From an uncultured Erysipelotrichaceae bacterium (GTDB taxonomy: Bacteria; Bacillota_I; Bacilli_A; Erysipelotrichales; Erysipelotrichaceae), in assembly GCA_942493105.1 (NCBI GenBank), contig OW818668.1, positions 360,001-392,000 of the forward strand: a DNA stretch of 32,000 bases, in the 5' to 3' direction. The position numbers were made by a program, and so were the translations under genes. The notes beneath the pieces were generated by a model. It was given only the letters and a program-made list of their open reading frames with translations, did not search any database and was not told the origin of the DNA. Position 1 is the stretch's first letter. Every line of letters starts with the position of its first letter. This document shows, piece by piece, positions 26,120-32,000 of the stretch.

Positions 26120-27584
26120 TTGAGAATTCCTCCTTAATTCGATTAATCACTTCAGGATATTTTCTGAAATATTCGTTTGTTGCCATGCTATTAATAAAAG
26201 AGAAAATACTTCCGTTTATTGATCTAATTTTTTCAATCATTACAATCGCATTTGAATAAGCTTCATTTTGGTCTGTTTCCGATAATATATGGATGCCAGA
26301 ATCACTTTTAGCAAGTCTATAATAAACATCTTCAAATGGGAATGATGATTCAATAATTTTAATAAATGATTCCAAGTAGCCTTGATCACAATCCTCTACA
26401 GAATCTTCTAAGGTTCGAAATAGCTCGCTGTCTCTATTAATTACGTAATGATAATGTCCACGATCCTCTACAACATTCCAAATATGCGTAATATCAGGAT
26501 TGTCAATTTTTCTTCCCCTATATTTATATACTTTTTCACTACTGCCAATTGTATTTTCAACTACCGCGACCAAACTGTGTTTAATTAAATCTGGCAAGTT
26601 AGCTGTTGACTTCTTTATATCAATTTCCCAAATCGAATCTAATGTGTTTGGAATATCAACTCTTATTCTTGCGAGTTTATGTAATTCATGTTGTCTAATT
26701 AATCTAAACCATGTTCCCCATATAATTAGTCTTTTGTTTCTGTAAATATAAAATCCTTGGTTCTGCCTTAAACTATCTGCCTCCCCAAGTTTACTCTTAT
26801 CTTTTTTAGATAATTTATTCGCATAAGGTAAAACGTATGGCTTTATTTTAATAGCTTCATTGTTAACTTTTATTATTTCTTCTGGTAAAGGTTGAGTAGC
26901 AGGATTTGAAACCAAAAAGGGATCATAACCAACGACTTTTACACCATTGAAGAAAAATGAGACACCTTGTCCAATAATATCAGGGTCAATAAATCTATGA
27001 AATACGAGCGCAATATGATCTCGTGCTAGCTCAATTTTTTCATCAAATATTTTCCTTTTATTTACTGAACTGCTAGACATTCTATCGAATAATTCCCAAA
27101 TAACTATTGTCCCAGATTTCAGTCTCATCAATTCGTCAATACAATGGAATTTCTTAATCTCCTTTGTATCAAATTTTTTTATTATCCAATTTCCTTTTTC
27201 GTTTATAAAGTCCAAATCCCAACAAGCTGAATTTATTTCAGAATCTTTTTTTGTTATAACAGTGAGCTTTCTACATTGAGACATCGAAGCCATTTTCAAA
27301 CCTAAACCGAATCTCCCTAAATCTTTTGGATCTCGAGTTTCTAGCGAGCTTTTGCTACCATATCTCATTGCTGATTCAAGTTCAATTTCGCTCATTCCAC
27401 TTCCATCATCAACGACGGCCAAAAACGGATCATCCTCAGAACTGAAATTTACCCAAATATTCTTAGAACTATTCCCAACACTATTGTCCAATATGTCTGC
27501 TAAAGCTGATTCAAAAGAATATCCAATTGATCTTGTTGATTCCACTAAGACAGGTGCAAACGGCATTAATAATTTCTCTTTCAT
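26100..27584 (-). CDS. GHKL/HATPase_c_3 (MutL/MORC-like) ATPase
   Basis: Bergerat-fold motifs are present: ALADILDNSVG (N box), VVDDGSGM (G1) and GRFGLGLK (G2). I prefer the start at MKEKLLMPF (ATG 27584-27582) with RBS GGGGGAAAG; the ORF track start is 27632. Its 3' end overlaps the Z1 gene by 20 nt. Confidence 0.75.
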   Translation of the reverse strand: MKEKLLMPFAPVLVESTRSIGYSFESALADILDNSVGNSSKNIWVNFSSEDDPFLAVVDDGSGMSEIELESAMRYGSKSSLETRDPKDLGRFGLGLKMASMSQCRKLTVITKKDSEINSACWDLDFINEKGNWIIKKFDTKEIKKFHCIDELMRLKSGTIVIWELFDRMSSSSVNKRKIFDEKIELARDHIALVFHRFIDPDIIGQGVSFFFNGVKVVGYDPFLVSNPATQPLPEEIIKVNNEAIKIKPYVLPYANKLSKKDKSKLGEADSLRQNQGFYIYRNKRLIIWGTWFRLIRQHELHKLARIRVDIPNTLDSIWEIDIKKSTANLPDLIKHSLVAVVENTIGSSEKVYKYRGRKIDNPDITHIWNVVEDRGHYHYVINRDSELFRTLEDSVEDCDQGYLESFIKIIESSFPFEDVYYRLAKSDSGIHILSETDQNEAYSNAIVMIEKIRSINGSIFSFINSMATNEYFRKYPEVINRIKEEFSIELKSN

Positions 27585-28019
27585 CTTTCCCCCTATTATC
27601 TTACTTAATGTTTTGATCAAAATGTTATTCAATTAGTCTTAGAATTACTTATATGTTTTATCGAAACTCCTAGATTTAGTTTAAACTTTTAAACATCTTT
27701 TAATTGCATTTAGAAATTACGGATTATGTAAATCATCTTTGTCCTTTATATTCTAAGATAGGGGGATGCAGATATAAAGTTGGCTCCTTTCTTTAAGTGT
27801 CCGGCTTTATATCCGCATCTCCTTGCAACTCAATTCGTTCTTATCTGTTTTATTGTTTGTCATTTTCTACCTTGTTTAATACTAATCTGTAAATTTTATT
27901 AAAAATAATAATGTACACATTTCAGGACTTTATAGTATCAATTACAGTTTTTCACCGTTCTAGTAAAGAGATTATAGTCAAATTATAATTAATAATCTGG
28001 TTTCTTCATTTAAAGATTT

Positions 28020-28045
28020 TTCCAACTGTCCCGGGATAGTTGGAA
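28020..28045. promoter_or_regulatory. 26-bp near-perfect palindrome with CCCGGG core (candidate operator)
   Basis: The sequence is ttccaact-g-tcccggga-t-agttggaa: perfect 8-bp outer arms, a palindromic core and one mismatched pair. It lies between the XRE gene and the GHKL operon in otherwise very AT-rich DNA. Confidence 0.4.
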
Positions 28046-28122
28046 TATCCCTGCTTTAAATAAAGGACTTTTCATAATTTACTTGAAGTATAAATTTCTG
28101 AAATTCGATATTCAATCCATTT

Positions 28123-28341
28123 CTATTTTTCATTTTTGTCATCATCGACATATTCCATTAAGTCTCCTGGTTGAACTTCTAAATAACGGCAGCTTTTCTC
28201 AATAATGTCCATCGCGATATTCTCGTGATTTGAAATCTTAGCCAGTGTACTTGTCCCTATCCCGATATCTAATCTGAATTTTGTTTTAGAGATGTTCCGC
28301 CTATTTAAGAGATCCAACAATTTATAATATTTTATCGGCAT
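28123..28341 (-). CDS. XRE/Cro-C1-type helix-turn-helix transcriptional regulator (controller-protein-like)
   Basis: I prefer the start at MPIKYYKLLDLL (ATG 28341-28339) with RBS AGAGGT, giving 72 aa. The HTH is ISKTKFRLDIGIGTSTLAKISNHENI. A perfect TATAAT (minus strand, 28366-28361) lies just upstream. Confidence 0.75.
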   Translation of the reverse strand: MPIKYYKLLDLLNRRNISKTKFRLDIGIGTSTLAKISNHENIAMDIIEKSCRYLEVQPGDLMEYVDDDKNEK

Positions 28342-28398
28342 ATTTTTACCTCTTTGCCACATTATACAACTTTTATTTGCCAAAACTAATATTTATTG

Positions 28399-28427
28399 TT
28401 GACATCTAATAAATATAGGTATATGAT
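28399..28427 (+). promoter_or_regulatory. Strong sigma-A-type promoter for the zinc-ribbon nuclease gene
   Basis: -35 TTGACA (28399-28404), 17-nt spacer, -10 TATGAT (28422-28427), about 55 nt upstream of the ATG at 28482. Confidence 0.6.
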
Positions 28428-28481
28428 TTGTGCGAAAGATAATTAATGTTAGTTTTATCTAATATTAATTAGGTAAATGAA

Positions 28482-29990
28482 ATGAAAACCAGATCAGAGT
28501 CTACTATAGGAATGAGCTTCAAAGCATGGTGTATCGAGAATCAAAAGGATGAGTTGCTTAGTCAATGGCATAAGAAAAAAAATCTAGAGTTGACTCCGGA
28601 TTCGACTACTTTCGGCAGTAACAAGAAGGCTTGGTGGATATGCTCGAAAGGTCATGAATGGGAAGCGACTGTCTTCTCACGTACCACGAATCAGCGTGGC
28701 TGCCCGTATTGTAAAGGAGTAAGAGTCATTGTTGGAGAAACAGATCTCGCGACTACTCATCCGACTCTTGCTTCTGAATGGCATCCGACCAAGAACTCAC
28801 TGACTCCTCAAGAGCTATCAGCAGGAAGCAACAAGAAAGTTTTTTGGTTGTGTCCTAACGGTCACACTTACTTTAGTTCCCCATCCACAAGGTTACAGCC
28901 TTGTGGATGCTCAGTTTGTGCAAAGAAGGTTGTAGAGGTAGGGGTCAACGATCTGTTGTCCAAAAGCCCTGAGATCGCTTCAGAGTGGCATCCTACTCTT
29001 AACGGTGATTCGAAACCGGAGATGGTAATGTTTCAAAGTAATAAGAAGGTTTGGTGGCAATGTAAGAACGGCCATGAGTGGGAAGCTTCCCCAAACTCTA
29101 GACAAAAGAATGGATGTCCTATCTGTTACGGAAACACTCACTTCTCTCTTCGTGAGAAAACAGTTTTCTATTACGTTAAGAAACACTTTCACAACGCCAT
29201 AAGCAGTTATCAGTTCAAAAGCGATCGTAAGTTGGAGATCGATATCTTTATTCCGGGACTCAACATTGGCATTGAATATGATGGAACCTATTACCATCAG
29301 GATCCTGAAAAGGATCAACTGAAGGAAAGCCTCATTGCTGAAGAAGGCATTCAGCTCATCCGGATCAGAGAACCGAAAACCCCTGTAGTCAAAGATAACA
29401 GTACTGTGATCCAACTCTTTGACTTTAGTGTTGATGACCTCACACGAGCCATTAGAGAGCTTTTGGCGCTGCTTGAGAGTTTGTCTCACACTTCTCTAAG
29501 AAACGTCGAAATCATCATCAAAGATGACCTAAAGGACATTTACGCCATGATGGATGATACGATCATCGAAGGATCGATCGCAGCCAAGAATCCTGCAGTT
29601 GCTTACGAGTGGCATCCTACCAAGAACTTGCCTCTTACCCCTGAAAAGGTCTACGCCAATTCAAAGATGATTGTGTGGTGGTTGTGCCCTTTAGGTCATG
29701 AATACCAGTCCAACGTCAATAACCGAAACAACGGAAAACGTTGTCCCTATTGTTACGGGACTCACAGTCTGTTAGTTGGAGAAAACGATCTTCTTTCGCA
29801 AAGACCGAAACTGGCCGCTCAGTGGCACCCTACAAGGAACCTTCCCTTGATGCCGGATCAGATCCGTGCCTACAGTTCAAAGATAGTTTGGTGGCAATGT
29901 GAACACGGTGAAGAATGGGAATCGAAGATCAGTTCACGAGGTGATACTTGCCGATGCAAAAACAAAGCCAATTATTTTGGAAAGTTTTAG
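28482..29990 (+). CDS. Protein with five treble-clef zinc-ribbon repeats (DUF4379-like) flanking a central PD-(D/E)XK/Vsr-like nuclease core
   Basis: 502 aa. There are five repeats of about 60 aa with the pattern (E/Q)WH(P)xKN...P...xSxKKVWWxCxxGHEWEAxxxxR...GCPxCxG, three N-terminal and two C-terminal. The centre reads LEIDIFIPGLNIGIEYDGTYYH...IRIRE, a D...ExD nuclease-like core. The repeats are also visible in the DNA (tggcatcc at 28779, 28986 and 29610; tggcaccc at 29823). Confidence 0.65.
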   Translation: MKTRSESTIGMSFKAWCIENQKDELLSQWHKKKNLELTPDSTTFGSNKKAWWICSKGHEWEATVFSRTTNQRGCPYCKGVRVIVGETDLATTHPTLASEWHPTKNSLTPQELSAGSNKKVFWLCPNGHTYFSSPSTRLQPCGCSVCAKKVVEVGVNDLLSKSPEIASEWHPTLNGDSKPEMVMFQSNKKVWWQCKNGHEWEASPNSRQKNGCPICYGNTHFSLREKTVFYYVKKHFHNAISSYQFKSDRKLEIDIFIPGLNIGIEYDGTYYHQDPEKDQLKESLIAEEGIQLIRIREPKTPVVKDNSTVIQLFDFSVDDLTRAIRELLALLESLSHTSLRNVEIIIKDDLKDIYAMMDDTIIEGSIAAKNPAVAYEWHPTKNLPLTPEKVYANSKMIVWWLCPLGHEYQSNVNNRNNGKRCPYCYGTHSLLVGENDLLSQRPKLAAQWHPTRNLPLMPDQIRAYSSKIVWWQCEHGEEWESKISSRGDTCRCKNKANYFGKF

Positions 29991-30033
29991 GAAGTGTTTT
30001 GTTTGTTGCGTATAAAGAACTTGGAGGTTCAAT

Positions 30034-30282
30034 GTGGGTCAACTTAATATTGAAGTGACATTTATTGAAGGACCAAAGAAAGGTCAAGTTTGGATTCATA
30101 AGAATCTTTCACTTCCCGATATCTTCGAGTTCTATGAAAGCTGTACACTTAGATTTATTCGAGAGACAAACTCATTTGTATTCGACGACAGTCACCGGAT
30201 AGAACTGAGCGAGTTTATGTATACCGTAATCAAGAAGATCGATCCATCAATTAGGATACCAAAACCTCAATTCAAGAACTAG
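30034..30282 (+). CDS. Hypothetical small protein
   Basis: 82 aa, GTG start preceded by GGAGG (30023-30027). It lies 43 nt after the zinc-ribbon gene and before the terminator at 30373. I recognise no motif. Confidence 0.35.
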   Translation: MGQLNIEVTFIEGPKKGQVWIHKNLSLPDIFEFYESCTLRFIRETNSFVFDDSHRIELSEFMYTVIKKIDPSIRIPKPQFKN

Positions 30283-30372
30283 AATTATAGTATATTTCTA
30301 ACGCAACTCCCAACTTCTGGATTACCATCCTGAGTTGATGCTTAATTGCAGTCTAAAAGATCAAAAAACACC

Positions 30373-30400
30373 AAAAGTCCTGGTTCTATAAGGACTTTTT
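30373..30400 (+). terminator. Rho-independent terminator of the zinc-ribbon gene pair
   Basis: Perfect 9-bp stem: aaaagtcct (30373-30381), 9-nt loop, aggactttt (30391-30399), running into a T-run. Confidence 0.7.
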
Positions 30401-30663
30401 GTATGTCTGTTTTTCTTGTACCCAATGTTTCTAGTATTTAAATTTCATTGGGGACGTGATTGATGTAAAAGACAACGTGAAAAAAGTCTTATTCTAAAAG
30501 GTATTTTACGCTTTTCGGCTTGCCGAAAATGTTCAAAAAGTGGGGTACGTCCCCCACGCCTTATCCTGCTTACTTTACTAGAGACAAAAACAGGCATTTT
30601 TGCACTCATTTTTTTAGTATTTTAAGACGTATTTTTTCGCTTATAACAAAAATCATATCAAAT

Positions 30664-30690
30664 AAAAACTGTAATTGTATTACAGTTTTT
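30664..30690. terminator. Bidirectional hairpin terminator downstream of the ACR3 fragment
   Basis: Perfect 12-bp stem: aaaaactgtaat (30664-30675), loop tgt, attacagttttt (30679-30690). A and T runs on both sides allow it to work on both strands. Confidence 0.65.
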
Positions 30691-30746
30691 TCGGACTGAT
30701 TATTAAAGTGATCTACCCAATTTTTACAGGAGTGTTGAGACCACTT

Positions 30747-30902
30747 CTAAACTTCTTGAAGTTCAACGACGAGGTCGGGTTTGACTTTAGGTTCTTCAAA
30801 CCAATGAGTTGTGTTGTTGGCAATCTTGACAAGAATCAACATGACAGGAACTTCAGTCAGTACACCAACGACAGTCGCTATCCGCCTAAAGACTATGCTT
30901 GA
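30747..30902 (-). pseudogene. C-terminal fragment of an ACR3-family arsenite efflux transporter
   Basis: My minus-strand translation gives SSIVFRRIATVVGVLTEVPVMLILVKIANNTTHWFEEPKVKPDLVVELQEV*. The GVLxEVPVMLxLVKxAN...WF pattern is the conserved last TM helix and tail of ACR3/ArsB(Bs). The frame is closed by a stop immediately upstream (30903-30905), so only about 51 codons remain. Confidence 0.5.
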
Positions 30903-31087
30903 TTAGAAGATGTTTAAGATTCTCAAACCCCTTCAAACCCCGCTAATACTATACCAAACCTTACCAGGATTAACGGGTTCATACCAATTGTATAGTCAAT
31001 TGTATAGTCACAGACAGATGAGAATCTAAACTTTATCACACAACAATCAATGTCTTTTCTACTGATTGCACGTTCATGCATTACAAA

Positions 31088-31999
31088 CTAGAATTTCAAC
31101 ATCAACCATTCAGGTTTCAACACCATCAATATAGCTAAGGAAATCATGACGATGCCTCCGATCAAATGTGCCCATCGGGAGTACTTGGTCGAGATGCCGG
31201 TCAACTGTGTAGTTTTCATCGCAATGACGAAAATGATAACGTCATCAGCTATAAAGAACGCAAGATAAAGAAGTAAATACAAGATTCTTTCAATACCGGT
31301 CATATTTTGAATTGATAGAACCTGAGTGTATAGAACCGGTAACCCGGCAGAGCATATCAACTCAACTAAATTTACCGATATCGCCAAAGCCATGACACCT
31401 AAAGATGCTAATACAAAGACACGCTGGCTGAAAATTTCTTTAATACGTTTTGAGATTTTTTTGCGCTTTCGATCATCGATGACTTCACAGCCAGGAGGAG
31501 TAACGATATACTCTCTAATGTTGAAGGCTCCTCCGGCCAGTGCAATTGCCGCAATGAACCAGCGTAAATACGTGATCGTCCCGAAAAGTACTGTTATATT
31601 GAGCCATGTTAGCATAAAACTGAAATACATAACTCCAGTAGTGGCTAGGAATAGTCCTCCTAAGAACCATCGCTTCCATGATTGTTCAAGATGAAACAGC
31701 ATACTAATCAATAGTAAAAGCACCCACATCGCACAAGGATTAAATCCGTCAAGTGTTCCCAATAAGATACCCAGCAGTGGCAGGGATATGCTTTTCGCAT
31801 TTACCTCCCCGAAAAACGGTAAGGTAATTATGGCATTATCCGGATCTATATCTACGCCAGTTCCCGGCTTGACAAATCCTAAAAGCTCTCCAATAACATC
31901 CTTGCCGTTGTTGTCTCGGAAATATTTCAAAGATGCTTTTATATTAGCTTCCGTCGATCCCTTATTAAATCCAACGATAAGTTTCCGTCCGATAACCAA
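31088..31999 (-). CDS. Membrane thiol-disulfide protein (DsbD/CcdA-like TM domain with NPC motif; N-terminal glutaredoxin-like part cut by window edge)
   Basis: The open frame runs to the window end, and the apparent TTG start is probably internal. It has LDGFNPCAMWVLLLL plus 5-6 hydrophobic helices. The preceding soluble segment (KLIVGFNKG...) looks like the end of a thioredoxin-fold domain. Confidence 0.45.
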   Translation of the reverse strand: MVIGRKLIVGFNKGSTEANIKASLKYFRDNNGKDVIGELLGFVKPGTGVDIDPDNAIITLPFFGEVNAKSISLPLLGILLGTLDGFNPCAMWVLLLLISMLFHLEQSWKRWFLGGLFLATTGVMYFSFMLTWLNITVLFGTITYLRWFIAAIALAGGAFNIREYIVTPPGCEVIDDRKRKKISKRIKEIFSQRVFVLASLGVMALAISVNLVELICSAGLPVLYTQVLSIQNMTGIERILYLLLYLAFFIADDVIIFVIAMKTTQLTGISTKYSRWAHLIGGIVMISLAILMVLKPEWLMLKF

Positions 32000-32000
32000 T

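Noticed and set aside
30675-30902. 75-aa plus-strand ORF.
   Set aside because: The opposite strand of the same interval translates into a recognisable ACR3 transporter C-terminus, and the plus-strand start lies inside a terminator hairpin. It is most likely a spurious antisense ORF.
14300-31087. Integrase, transposase or IS element expected at the island borders.
   Set aside because: No ORF of 60 aa or more in the border gaps shows recombinase or DDE motifs. I saw no terminal inverted repeats flanking the whole block, so no mobile element feature is called.

Overview
Low-GC, Bacillota-like chromosomal segment; coding assignments come from reading the supplied translations and the DNA by eye. 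Left part (1-14.3 kb) looks like core or metabolic genes. It holds a minus-strand sugar ABC transporter operon (permease, two-domain ATPase, lipoprotein binding protein), a divergent LysR regulator, a 2,924-aa cyclic beta-1,2-glucan synthase-like giant (GT84-like plus GH94-like motifs) and a small YggT-like membrane protein. From about 14.4 to 30.4 kb lies a mostly AT-rich defence island with no integrase or transposase. It has three parts. (i) An Mrr-like nuclease, a DUF3307/SatE-like membrane protein and a SatD-like protein on the minus strand, transcribed divergently from a stand-alone SIR2-like gene. The two sides are joined by four tandem 29-bp palindrome-containing repeats whose outermost copies carry the -35 boxes of both divergent promoters. 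This is my best candidate for an undescribed system. (ii) A tightly coupled five-gene minus-strand operon: GHKL ATPase, Z1/SF2 NTPase, PD-(D/E)XK protein, AIPR and a C5 cytosine methyltransferase (methylation-linked, Mza-like composition). (iii) An XRE-type HTH gene next to a visibly more GC-rich gene encoding five zinc-ribbon repeats around a PD-(D/E)XK-like core. The right edge carries a C-terminal fragment of an ACR3-type arsenite transporter and a partial DsbD/CcdA-like membrane redox protein. I found no rRNA, intact tRNA or CRISPR array.
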